Below, piece after piece: positions 40,175-49,805 of a DNA stretch of 64,000 nucleotides. Below the pieces are notes generated by a model that made no database searches, was not told where the DNA came from, and saw only the letters and a program-made list of their open reading frames with translations. The stretch is from Bacteroidota bacterium. Its GTDB lineage: Bacteria > Chlamydiota > Chlamydiia > Chlamydiales > FEN-1388. Numbering within the stretch: position 1 is the first letter of the stretch; the number at the start of each line of letters is the position of its first letter. Made by a program: the position numbers and the translations under genes. Location: assembly GCA_013285825.1 (NCBI GenBank), contig JABDGV010000002.1, forward strand, positions 36,581-100,580, written 5' to 3'.

Positions 40175-41479
40175 TTATTCCGGCACCACATCCAAAAAGA
40201 CAAATTCGCTTCTCTGATTGCTCGAGTTTACTGCGCGAACCTTATACTTTTCGTGTAGATATTTCTGGTATTTGCGGAACCAATGGTGAGAGAAGGGATC
40301 CTGGGGATGGAGAGGTTTTTCAAAAACAAGAGGAGCGTTACTTGGCACAATTGCGAGAAGCTGGTCAAAGGCAAAGATCTCATAGGATATGACATCCGTT
40401 GACACGCTTGGAAGCCATTGGCTTTTTAATTTAAACTTGCCGTGTTGATGAAGAATTTTTCCGCTAAATTGGAAGGGAGGAAACGGGGTTAGATTTGAAT
40501 TTCCCTGATGAGGCGCAAAGGCTATATACTGGGGGGATAATCCAACAAGAATCGAAGGCACGACTACCGTATTGGTGCTGATATCAATAACTGAAACGTT
40601 GTTAGAGTTTTGATTGACAACATAAGCAAATTTGCCATCAGGAGAGATCGCAATGCCTAGCGGAATTACTCCAACAGGAATTGAAGGGACAATGACTGTA
40701 TTCGTACTTGTAGCTATTACGGTAACATCATTAGAGAGGGAATTTGTCACATAGGCAAATTTGCCATCAAAAGTGATCGCTATGCCTAACGGATCTGTTC
40801 CAACAGGAATTGAGGGGACAGTGACTGTATTCGTGCTCGTATCTATTACTGTAACATCATTAGAAACTTCATTTGTCACATAGGCAAATTTGCCATCTGG
40901 GGTAATTGCTATGCCTATCGGAGCTGTTCCAACAGGAATTGAGGGGACAGTGACTGTATTCGTACTTGTATCTATTACTGAAACATCATTAGAGCCGTTA
41001 TTTGTCACATAGGCAAATTTGCCATCAGGAGTGAATGCTATACCTTCTGGGTTGGTTCCGACAAGTATTGAGGGGACAGTGACGGTATTGGTTGTGGTAT
41101 CAATAACTGTAACGTTGTTAGAGACGTCACTTGGCACATAGGCAAATTTGCCATTAGGGGTGATTGCTATGCCCCCATCCGGATCTGTTCCAACAGTAAT
41201 TGAGGGTACAATCACTGTGTTCGTTGTGAGGTCCACAACACACACGCTAGCCAAACCTTCATTTACAACATAGGCAAATTTTCCGCCAGGAGTAATGGCA
41301 ATGCCTATTGGACCGCTTCCAACTGGAAGAGCAATAGGCGAGCCCACAACTGTATTGGTGGCCGTATCAATAATCGATATGGTATCGGATCCGTTATTAG
41401 TCACATACCCAAAAGGGGCAGCGTAAAGTGACCCTGTAATACAGACGAAAGAAAAAAAGATAGATTGTACGAGTCTCAT
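40175..41479 (-). CDS. Orphan secreted YVTN beta-propeller protein with FN3-like C-terminal domain (class B)
   Basis: Signal peptide, seven highly homogeneous YVTN repeats, same tail as the array genes. Confidence 0.9.
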   Translation of the reverse strand: MRLVQSIFFSFVCITGSLYAAPFGYVTNNGSDTISIIDTATNTVVGSPIALPVGSGPIGIAITPGGKFAYVVNEGLASVCVVDLTTNTVIVPSITVGTDPDGGIAITPNGKFAYVPSDVSNNVTVIDTTTNTVTVPSILVGTNPEGIAFTPDGKFAYVTNNGSNDVSVIDTSTNTVTVPSIPVGTAPIGIAITPDGKFAYVTNEVSNDVTVIDTSTNTVTVPSIPVGTDPLGIAITFDGKFAYVTNSLSNDVTVIATSTNTVIVPSIPVGVIPLGIAISPDGKFAYVVNQNSNNVSVIDISTNTVVVPSILVGLSPQYIAFAPHQGNSNLTPFPPFQFSGKILHQHGKFKLKSQWLPSVSTDVISYEIFAFDQLLAIVPSNAPLVFEKPLHPQDPFSHHWFRKYQKYLHEKYKVRAVNSSNQRSEFVFLDVVPE

Positions 41480-41586
41480 GAGCTTTAAAGCCTCCCGAAG
41501 TAAATCTCACAGTAAATTAAAATAAAATACTATGCAATCATGTTCGGGAGATATACGACCTACTGTGCTTATCTATTTCCGCTTGC

Positions 41587-44019
41587 CTATTTCCCCTTGG
41601 CTTTCGTTGCTTTGCTTTTTGCAGTTGGTGATTTGGTAGCTTTGGCTTTGGTAGCTTTTGTTTTCGTAGCTTTTGCCTTGGTCGTCTTTGCTTTGGTCGT
41701 TTTGGCTTTTGTTTTGGCAGGCTTTTCTGAAGCCTGTTTTTTCCCACGCTTAGGCTTTTTGACAGAGGCTGTTTTTGGGTGACCGGCAAATTTAATTTCA
41801 ATATCTTCGATGCTGTTTCCAATGACGTCGCAGTCGGGATATTCACTGCAGGACCAGAAGAGTTTGCCGAAGCGCGACCGTTTTTGAGTCAGCATACCTT
41901 CGCAGCCGACAGCTGGGCATTTTTGGCTCTCTTCAGGAACAAATACCGTCTCCCCTTTCTTCGGGATGTTTACGATCCCTTTACATTCGGGATAGGTTGA
42001 GCAGCCTAAGAAGGGGCCGAACTTGCCAAAGCGCACCTTCATCTCGCTTCCGCACTTAGGGCATTTTTGTTCCCAATCAAAGTTTTCATCATACTCTGAC
42101 TTATCAAATGCTGCCTCTTCTACAGATGAGGTCCAGGAGCAAGTTGGGTAGTTCGTGCAGCCCAAAAAGTACTTATTCTTAAACCAGATTTTTTGGACTA
42201 CGCCGCCGCACAGAGGACAGATCATATCTGTCTGCACTTTGGGGACGAAGGCTGTATCTTCAGCTTTTTGGAGTGTTGGCGAAAACTCATCCCAGAACGT
42301 TTTCAAAAGCTTTTTCCAGGAATACTTTGCAGCTCCAACATCTTCTAAAGCATCTTCCATTTCTGCCGTAAAGCCGACGTTGACGATCTTGTCGAAGTTT
42401 GCTTCCATCATCTCGGTAACTACGCGGCCAAGTTCGGTTGGCTTTAATCGCCCCGCTTCTTTGTGCGTGTAGTCTCGGCTTTGAATCTTATTCATGATGG
42501 TGGCGTAGGTCGATGGACGGCCAATGCCCGATTTTTCAAGCTCTTTAACTAATGTCGCTTCTGTATAGCGAGCGGGTGGACGGGTAAAGGCTTGATCCGC
42601 ATCGACATGGTCCAAGAGAAGCTTTTGATTTTCTTCAAGGTTTGGAAGAAGGGGCTCTTTTTCCTTTTCCTCTTCTTCATCCTCTTTTTCTTCGTAGAGG
42701 GTTAAAAAGCCTGGGAATATGATCTGAGAGCCAGTAGTGCGGAGGAGGAATCGAGGGGTGGCTTCAATATCAACCGATACTGTGTCATAAATTGCTGAAG
42801 CCATTTGAGAGGCAACAAATCTTTTCCAGATAAGCGTGTAGAGCAGATGCTGTTCACGGCTTAAAAAGGGTCGGACGACATCTGGCGTTAAAAGCACATC
42901 GGCTGGACGGATCGCTTCGTGGGCATCTTGCGCAGATTTTTTCGTCATGTATTTGCGAGGAGCTTCTGGCAGAAACTGTTGGTCAAAGCCATTTTTGATA
43001 TAGCTTCTCGCAGCATCAATAGCTTCATCAACAACCCGTACGGAGTCGGTACGCATATAGGTAATGAGACCCTGTGTTCCCTTTTCTCCTAAATCAATAC
43101 CTTCGTAGAGATCTTGGGCGACTTGCATTGTTTTTGCAGGAGAGAAGCGATAGTGGCGGCTTGCTTCCTGTTGGAGCGTTGATGTAATAAAGGGCGCTTC
43201 AGGGTTTCTTTTCTTTTCTTTGCGTTCGATTCGCGTGATGGCATAGGGGCTGTTTTCCAGCTGCTTTTTGATCTCTTCGCCAATGGTTTGGTTGTTTATT
43301 AAGAAGACATCATCAGCCGTTTTGCCCTCTGGGATTTGTTTCTCAACCTTTTTTCCATCAACTTCGATAAGAGCTGCTTTAAAGAGCGGGTCTTGAGGTT
43401 CTCGTTTGAGGTGGGCAATAAGGTTCCAGTACTCTACTGGAACAAAGGCTTCAATTTCTCGTTCTCGATCGACAACAAGCTTTAAAGCGACTGATTGTAC
43501 ACGGCCTGCGGAAACAGGCTCGCTTCTGCCTCGGCGCAGCCGTCGGTTGAGAAGCGGAGAAATAGAATAGCCTACCAAGCGGTCTAATATTCGGCGCGCC
43601 TGCTGGGCATCAACGAGCGCCATATCGATTGCGCGAGGATGCTTGAGGGCGTCTTTAACAGCTTCTTTGGTGATGGAATTGAAGGTTACCCGCTGAATGT
43701 CGCATTTTTCAGGCAGCAGCTGGCTTATGTGCCAGGCGATGGCTTCACCTTCTCTATCCGGGTCGGGAGAGAGATAGACCACATCTACCTCTTTAGCAGC
43801 TTTTTTGAGGCGGTCGATCACATCTTTTTTGCCCGCCATAGGCACATAGGAGGGTTCAAAATCGTGTTCAATATCTACTCCCATGCCTGACTCAGGCAGA
43901 TCTCGGACATGGCCATAGGAGGATTCAAAAATAAAGGATGAGCCTAAAAACTGTTTGAGTGATTTGATTTTAGCTGGAGACTCAACGATTATGAGAGATT
44001 TAACTGAAGTTTTTGCCAT
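41587..44019 (-). CDS. topA: DNA topoisomerase I with three Zn ribbons and a Lys/Ala/Thr-rich tail
   Basis: IVESPAK, DPDREGEAI, SAGRVQS, LITYMRTDS and GIGRPSTY motifs. Confidence 0.97.
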   Translation of the reverse strand: MAKTSVKSLIIVESPAKIKSLKQFLGSSFIFESSYGHVRDLPESGMGVDIEHDFEPSYVPMAGKKDVIDRLKKAAKEVDVVYLSPDPDREGEAIAWHISQLLPEKCDIQRVTFNSITKEAVKDALKHPRAIDMALVDAQQARRILDRLVGYSISPLLNRRLRRGRSEPVSAGRVQSVALKLVVDREREIEAFVPVEYWNLIAHLKREPQDPLFKAALIEVDGKKVEKQIPEGKTADDVFLINNQTIGEEIKKQLENSPYAITRIERKEKKRNPEAPFITSTLQQEASRHYRFSPAKTMQVAQDLYEGIDLGEKGTQGLITYMRTDSVRVVDEAIDAARSYIKNGFDQQFLPEAPRKYMTKKSAQDAHEAIRPADVLLTPDVVRPFLSREQHLLYTLIWKRFVASQMASAIYDTVSVDIEATPRFLLRTTGSQIIFPGFLTLYEEKEDEEEEKEKEPLLPNLEENQKLLLDHVDADQAFTRPPARYTEATLVKELEKSGIGRPSTYATIMNKIQSRDYTHKEAGRLKPTELGRVVTEMMEANFDKIVNVGFTAEMEDALEDVGAAKYSWKKLLKTFWDEFSPTLQKAEDTAFVPKVQTDMICPLCGGVVQKIWFKNKYFLGCTNYPTCSWTSSVEEAAFDKSEYDENFDWEQKCPKCGSEMKVRFGKFGPFLGCSTYPECKGIVNIPKKGETVFVPEESQKCPAVGCEGMLTQKRSRFGKLFWSCSEYPDCDVIGNSIEDIEIKFAGHPKTASVKKPKRGKKQASEKPAKTKAKTTKAKTTKAKATKTKATKAKATKSPTAKSKATKAKGK

Positions 44020-44034
44020 TTATTACTACTCTTA

Positions 44035-44067
44035 ATAAAAAGAAGAGGGGGAGATTTCTCTCCCCCT
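44035..44067 (-). terminator. Intrinsic terminator just upstream of the topA start
   Basis: agggggaga-GAAA-tctccccct 9-bp stem followed by cttcttttatt on the minus strand. Confidence 0.7.
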
Positions 44068-44600
44068 GGATGCTTAGAAGGTGATCGAAACCGATCCTTC
44101 TACCCAGCAAATACTTTCGGAAGAGGCCTTTTCAGCAGTCTCGCCAAAGATTGGCACAATACGGCTGTAGGGCGATCCGCTTTCTGGGAGCAAGCGGAGG
44201 TCGCTTCCTCGACCGAGCTCGACATCTTCAAGCACGGTCATTGATTCTGCAACATACATGTTTGCCTCGAAGTTCGAGGTCCATTCTACAGTGATTAAAA
44301 CCCCTCTGCTCCCAGAACAGTTTTAATTTGGTCACCGTAAATGATCCCATTTGGGATGATCTAAATTTGTTTCATCCTGCGCTTGAAGTCTTAGATCTTC
44401 AACTCTAGCCAGGTTAAATTCTATCTAACAAAACTGTTTTTTACCCTCACAAATCGTAATCGATCTGTGCCATCTGTCCTTTTAAGAACGAATTCTTAAA
44501 AGCGCTATCTGTGTAAATGTCACCTCCTTCACGCCTTTTACAAGGCAGATAGATGGGCAAGTTGGTACCTTTTCAGTCCCAACTAATTCCTTGTGTACCA
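44035..44600 (-). ncRNA. Candidate large structured RNA (~560 nt), family unassigned
   Basis: About a dozen hairpins, UUCG/GUAA/GAAA loops, G-U pairs valid only on the minus strand, 11-nt loop-loop complementarity, 3' terminator; boundaries approximate. Confidence 0.65.
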
Positions 44601-44714
44601 TTCGGGGTGAAATATTAGCAAATAGTTCTAATACAAGATATATTTAAAATTATACTCATCCTAAGCACAGTGTCCGAATTAGGTAGGGTATAGCCTAACT
44701 TAAGGTGTCATCTT

Positions 44715-45437
44715 TTAAGTACCCGCAACATCAAATAGCGATAAAGAGCCGTCTTGGATCAAGGGCATAATCTTTGCCGCTATCTCATCAGGGACTCTAT
44801 TTCCTGCGCTTTTCAACCCTAAGAGTTGCTTGAGTTGACCTGCCGTTTTAGAAAGCTCAATTTTGTTGTCTGTTTTCGAGAAGATGGCAAGTCTAGCCAG
44901 GAGAATATAGCTATAGGTAGTTGGGAATTGATTTTGAAGGTTCGGGGTTGCAAGAAGCGTATCCGTACTTGCCAACGCTTTATCCCATTCCTCACTGCTG
45001 AGAGCTTGGCTCATAGAGTTTATTTGTTCAAAAAGAGAAAGCTCTTGGTTTTTTAAAAATCGGTGTGCTCCATGCAGATAGGGCGTTGATTTTTTTGCTT
45101 CATGGGAGATTAAGAGCTCTTGTCCTATCAGCCCCTGTTGCTGCTGATAAATCGATGTAGATGACTCAGCACATTCTTTGAGTTTAGCAACGAGCTGCAG
45201 GCGCTCATCAGGTTCTATTTTTGAAATATCATCTTTGATGAGTTTTGATGCAATCAAGTCGGCCTCAATTGTCTGATCGATTCGAGAATCAGTTTTATGA
45301 GTGAAAAAGAAGAGGATAAGAAGAAAAATAAATAGGAAAGCAGTAACTCCAAGGGCACACTGCTTGCCATACTGTTGAAACCAAAGCAGGGCATAGTCTA
45401 AAAGAGTTGGTTTTTCAGGTGAGTTTTTTTGTGTCAT
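44715..45437 (-). CDS. Hypothetical single-pass membrane protein (helical, possibly YfgM/TPR-like)
   Basis: 240-aa ORF with one N-terminal TM helix; divergent from parB. Confidence 0.65.
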   Translation of the reverse strand: MTQKNSPEKPTLLDYALLWFQQYGKQCALGVTAFLFIFLLILFFFTHKTDSRIDQTIEADLIASKLIKDDISKIEPDERLQLVAKLKECAESSTSIYQQQQGLIGQELLISHEAKKSTPYLHGAHRFLKNQELSLFEQINSMSQALSSEEWDKALASTDTLLATPNLQNQFPTTYSYILLARLAIFSKTDNKIELSKTAGQLKQLLGLKSAGNRVPDEIAAKIMPLIQDGSLSLFDVAGT

Positions 45438-45485
45438 ATCTTTTTTTCCAGTAGATTACGATATAGTGTACACAGAGGAGGCTTT

Positions 45486-46289
45486 TTGAAAAGACGTTTA
45501 ATAGAAGTAGCGATTGATTCTCTCAAAGCAAATCGCTTCCAGCCCAGAAAAAATTTTTCAGATCAAGAACTTGATGAGCTCAAGCACTCCATTTCCATAA
45601 ACGGCCTTCTTCAGCCTCCAATCATTGCACAATTTGGCGAAATGTACGAAATCATTGCGGGAGAGAGGCGTGTGCAAGCTTGCAGGCGTTTGGGGTTGAA
45701 AAAGATCCCAGCTCTTCTTGTCGAGATGAACGATCAGGAAAGGCTCGAAGCTGCTCTCATTGAAAATGTGCAGCGGGTCGATCTTAATCCTATGGAATTA
45801 GCCTTAGCACTCAAGAGAATGGCTGATGACTTAAAGATGGATCAGGAAACCATTGCTTTAAGGGTGGGGAAAAAAAGATCGACAATTTCCAACTACATGC
45901 GGCTTCTTCAACTTCCTGAAAAAATTCGTAAAGAAATTGCTTCTGGTACTGTCTCGATGGCGCATGCAAAGCTTTTGCTTTCTTGCAAAGAGGACGAATT
46001 GCGAGAAGAGCTCTTCCAAACAATTCTTAAAAGTGGCAGCACTATCAAGAAGAGCCTTTCATTTATCCGTAAATGGAAGAAGCCGAAAACAGGCGATCTT
46101 CATGTTCAAAGCATTGAAGAGAGGCTTATGAGGCAATTGGGAACAAAGGTGGCAATCCAACACAAGGGCGATCAAGGACAAGTTTCGATTACATATTTTT
46201 CCCTTGATGATTTGGATAGACTTTTGATGCTTCTGGGAGTTGAGCAAGAGCAAGAGACAGAGACAGAGCAAGAACAAGAGTACGTATAG
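45486..46289 (+). CDS. parB: Chromosome partitioning protein ParB/Spo0J
   Basis: NRFQPRK, IIAGERR, ENVQRVDLNPME and HTH (GKKRSTISNYMRLL); TTG start after GGAGG. Confidence 0.94.
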   Translation: MKRRLIEVAIDSLKANRFQPRKNFSDQELDELKHSISINGLLQPPIIAQFGEMYEIIAGERRVQACRRLGLKKIPALLVEMNDQERLEAALIENVQRVDLNPMELALALKRMADDLKMDQETIALRVGKKRSTISNYMRLLQLPEKIRKEIASGTVSMAHAKLLLSCKEDELREELFQTILKSGSTIKKSLSFIRKWKKPKTGDLHVQSIEERLMRQLGTKVAIQHKGDQGQVSITYFSLDDLDRLLMLLGVEQEQETETEQEQEYV

Positions 46290-46293
46290 AAAC

Positions 46294-47334
46294 ATGTATA
46301 TAGAAATACTTGGACTTTTACTTGCGGTTTTAATCCTCTTTTGGAGGCGAAAATCTAAAAAGCTTCCTCTTGCAAGGTGGTATATACCCAACCTCTCACT
46401 CATTGAAATCAAAGAGAGCAAAATCCACATCTGGCCAATCCTCTCACACGCCCTTGGATTATCCATTATAGGGCTCCTTGTATTGGCTCTCATCAACCCA
46501 TCGCTCCCGTTAACTCTTTTGATGTTTAATCAAAAACAGCCTTTGCCAAGAGATGGCAGGGTCATAACATTAATAGTCGATGTTTCAGGCTCCATGGTGG
46601 ATCCTTTTGGGACTACAACGGAATCAAAAATCAGCGTGGCAAAAAAAATAGCTACTGATTTGGTGCAGTCCTTATCGGCGCAGTCAGGCAACCGGCAAAA
46701 TATTTTTGGGCTTTCAAGTCTTGCCAGGACCTGTTTCGTTGATTGTCCCTTAACGTATGATAAGAAATTTTTGATTGAGCAAATACAAAAGCTGCAGCCA
46801 ATTACCTACGACTCAATGAATGGCACAGCACTTGGCTACGCGCTTTTTAAAACCACTGAGCAAATACTTGCGACTCAAGCCTATGCAAAAGAGATCAAAG
46901 CTGTCTCAATCCCTATTGACAGCGAAGCTGTAGTCATTATTAGCGATGGTATTAATGATCCTCATCCTCTTGATAAGCAAGATCCCTTTCGCTGGATGTC
47001 CGTTAATGATGCGCTTGGAGCTGCCCGAGAGGCGGGCATTCGGGTCTACTTTATATCTGTAGAGCCCAATGGCGACGCAGAGTATAATCAAGAGCTCAAT
47101 TCGATGGCTGCTCTCATTGAAAATACAAAGGGACGGCTCTTTAAAGCGGGGCCTAACCTATCGATTGAACAGGTCGTTCAATCTATTAACGAATTGGAAG
47201 CGGCACATCTCCCGCCTGTATCCAATGCAGCTCCTGATACTATCTCTGTGCGTTGGTTCTTTGCAGCGATTGCTGCTATTTTAACTGTGCTGAAGCTTTG
47301 GGGCGATTTCCTTGTTTCGAGGGGATGCACATGA
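46294..47334 (+). CDS. Membrane-anchored vWA domain protein (BatA-like)
   Basis: MIDAS DVSGSM, GTALG and IISDG motifs; N- and C-terminal TM helices. Confidence 0.82.
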   Translation: MYIEILGLLLAVLILFWRRKSKKLPLARWYIPNLSLIEIKESKIHIWPILSHALGLSIIGLLVLALINPSLPLTLLMFNQKQPLPRDGRVITLIVDVSGSMVDPFGTTTESKISVAKKIATDLVQSLSAQSGNRQNIFGLSSLARTCFVDCPLTYDKKFLIEQIQKLQPITYDSMNGTALGYALFKTTEQILATQAYAKEIKAVSIPIDSEAVVIISDGINDPHPLDKQDPFRWMSVNDALGAAREAGIRVYFISVEPNGDAEYNQELNSMAALIENTKGRLFKAGPNLSIEQVVQSINELEAAHLPPVSNAAPDTISVRWFFAAIAAILTVLKLWGDFLVSRGCT

Positions 47335-49805
47335 CTGATTTTGCTCTCTATAATATTTTATGGTGTGCGCTCATACTGTTTGCAGTTGCATGGCTCTTTG
47401 TCAAGAGGCGTGATCAATGGCTGTCAAATTTTTTTAGAAAACAGGAGGGCTTCTCTCCCGCTCACCGCTGGATCCTATATCTTTTGGCGTTTGTTTCGAT
47501 TCTTTTGGTTCTGCACACAACGGAAAAAAGTAGGAAGGGCACGGGGCAAAGTGGTGATCAACCCCAAGTATCTTTGCAGGAATGGATTGCGGTTCTTGAT
47601 GTGCAGGGGCCTGAGCTGTTCCAGCGCGCTTTGTATCTTATTCAGGATGAGGCAAATGCCTATCGAGGCATCCCTCTAGCCTTATGCCAGGCGGGAAGTA
47701 CTTCTTTGGAGCTAATAGTGCCTCCGACGTATGATTTGGTCTATTTCAGGCTGATTCTTGAGACCTTAAGCGCCCCAAAAGCACGCCAGTCGGCAGATCT
47801 CGTTCAATCAGAGGCTTTAAGCCTAGCAAAAGATCTTTCAGATACTCCTCTTGTAGCTTTAACTATTTTTACAGACAGGCCGAGAGAATATTCAGGCCGA
47901 GCAGGTGATAAGGACCTCCAGGTAATTGATGTGCACCCACAAGTCTTTCAAAAGGAATCTTCAGAGATTGCGAGGGTTCGAGCAGAGAGGATGAGCATAG
48001 GCCGAACGGACGATGTGAGTGTATCCGAAAAATATGCCTTGCAATATCTCTCCCTTTTGCTTACGGCTCTTGCAACTATTTTGTTTTGCCAGGCATTTAA
48101 GCCAAAAAGCTTGTTTCTGCTGCTCTTCATATTTCCGCTTTATGGACAAGACCCCTCGCCTCTCATCCAATCGGCAGAGGTTTTTTACAGGCAGGGGGAT
48201 TATCAAGAGGCGAGCAAAATTTTACATGGATTTAATAATGAAAATAATCCCTATGTGCTATGGAATATTGCCCTTTGCCAAGCAGTGCTAAAGGACTATG
48301 ATAAAGCCCAAGGCACGCTCGATCAAATTGAGCGATACTCTTCCAGCTTCAAGGATGCGATTTTGCAGCTTCGAGAATTTATTCTTTTTGAACAGCTTCA
48401 AGATACGCTTAAATTTCCTGATGCGGAAAAGCTGCAAAATTTAGTTCAGAATGCTGCAACCCTTTCATCAAGAACGGCTGTTTTCAATAGATGGCTGATG
48501 ATGAGTGCTTGTACGCTTCGCTCGCTCAATCGGCTGGAGGGGTTTACCTTTCCCTCGGCAGCATCTGTACTCCATGCTCGAGTTAAGCAGTCCATTCTTT
48601 CCCTTCGCACGCCTTTAACAAATATGAAAATGGTAACAGATGCTTTGGCTCAAGAAATTAATGCCTATTTGCTCATTTATCAAAAAACGGTCCCTCAGCA
48701 TCTCTTTTTATTACCAGATCTTGTTCAAACATATTGTTTGGGTGTGGAACTGAATAAAATGCCCCTCAATTTTGAAGAGGCTCTCAGCCAGCTGGATCGC
48801 TTCTATCTCTTAGCTCTCTTTTTAGCAGAGAAAAGTTGGGAAAATGGTGTAGAAAACCTATTTTCAGCATGTATCGAAGCATCGCTTTGGAAAAAATTAA
48901 GCCCTTTTGTGCTTAAGAAACGCCGTGAGTTTTTAAAGGGACTTTTAAGCTCCTTTAATTTGCCTGTTACCATTCTCGTATCAAATGAGGAGTCCTATGC
49001 AAAGGCATATGAGGATTTAGAGCTGTTCCGGATTTTATATCCTGAAAATAATCGATTTTATAACGCCATTCTTGCCGTTTTGAACGGCGATTCTATTGAA
49101 GTTACGGCACGAGCGTTTCCTATTTTAGGGCTCAAAGATGTCTCAATAGAAGATAGGCAATCAGCCAAGAATCAGCTTCTCACTCTTTGGGTTGATACAT
49201 CTTCTTATCCTATGACTGCTGTTCGATCGACTTGCGAGAGTTTTCTCGCTCGAGCCGTGCCAATGCCGACCGATCAATTTCAAAACTCAACACTGCTTGA
49301 TTGTTTGCATCTCTTGATTAATTTACCTCCAGATGATGGCCAAAGAGCTTCTGCAAGGGGCTATTTGGAACGTATTGCGCCCTTTTTTACTGTTGCAGTT
49401 GCCAGGCCCTTTGATATCAATGTGGCAGAAGCTCTCAATTCCTGGTTTCGCGCATTTGTTGAGTGCATGAGTTCTATAAAATTTAATGAGGCAGACGCAT
49501 CTCAAGTTAAAGATGCAGAATCTGCCATCCAGGATGCTTTGCAAGTGCTGCAGACGCTTAGTGGAAATAGCAATTTGGTGAGCACTACATGGAATGGTCA
49601 AATCCGAACCATTCTCGAAAAGGTTCAATTGTTATATGAATTACTACAAGAACCCAGTACGAGAGCTGCTTTGCCAAATCAAAATGTTTCAACTATCCAA
49701 ACAACGAGCATGTTGTTTGATCCTCTTCAGCTCTACCGAACACTAGAGCTTCGCGATCGAAAGCTGCGAGAGGATAATCCACCTCCAAAGGGAGGTCAGA
49801 GCTAG
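47331..49805 (+). CDS. Large membrane protein with degenerate vWA-like region and TPR (BatB/BatC-like)
   Basis: TM helices, TPR-like YRQGDYQEA..WNIALCQ segment; position between BatA-like and BatD-like genes. Confidence 0.55.
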   Translation: MTDFALYNILWCALILFAVAWLFVKRRDQWLSNFFRKQEGFSPAHRWILYLLAFVSILLVLHTTEKSRKGTGQSGDQPQVSLQEWIAVLDVQGPELFQRALYLIQDEANAYRGIPLALCQAGSTSLELIVPPTYDLVYFRLILETLSAPKARQSADLVQSEALSLAKDLSDTPLVALTIFTDRPREYSGRAGDKDLQVIDVHPQVFQKESSEIARVRAERMSIGRTDDVSVSEKYALQYLSLLLTALATILFCQAFKPKSLFLLLFIFPLYGQDPSPLIQSAEVFYRQGDYQEASKILHGFNNENNPYVLWNIALCQAVLKDYDKAQGTLDQIERYSSSFKDAILQLREFILFEQLQDTLKFPDAEKLQNLVQNAATLSSRTAVFNRWLMMSACTLRSLNRLEGFTFPSAASVLHARVKQSILSLRTPLTNMKMVTDALAQEINAYLLIYQKTVPQHLFLLPDLVQTYCLGVELNKMPLNFEEALSQLDRFYLLALFLAEKSWENGVENLFSACIEASLWKKLSPFVLKKRREFLKGLLSSFNLPVTILVSNEESYAKAYEDLELFRILYPENNRFYNAILAVLNGDSIEVTARAFPILGLKDVSIEDRQSAKNQLLTLWVDTSSYPMTAVRSTCESFLARAVPMPTDQFQNSTLLDCLHLLINLPPDDGQRASARGYLERIAPFFTVAVARPFDINVAEALNSWFRAFVECMSSIKFNEADASQVKDAESAIQDALQVLQTLSGNSNLVSTTWNGQIRTILEKVQLLYELLQEPSTRAALPNQNVSTIQTTSMLFDPLQLYRTLELRDRKLREDNPPPKGGQS

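Noticed and set aside
39991-40392. Short ORFs containing HRGHRAHRE-like peptides (also 53951..54301, 54109..54561 and the extended pbp2 start at 38516)
   Set aside because: Translations of CACAGAG palindromes that overlap real genes on the other strand or extend past the likely start
44074-44259. 61-aa ORF ending in VSITF, resembling an outer-membrane protein C-terminus
   Set aside because: No signal peptide or clear RBS, an in-frame stop 22 codons upstream, and it lies within a heavily base-paired region; a small peptide is not fully excluded
44035-44600. tmRNA, RNase P RNA, 6S RNA or group II intron identity
   Set aside because: No tRNA-like termini, no GAGGAAAGUCC, too long and branched for 6S, and no canonical domain V; needs an Rfam scan to confirm
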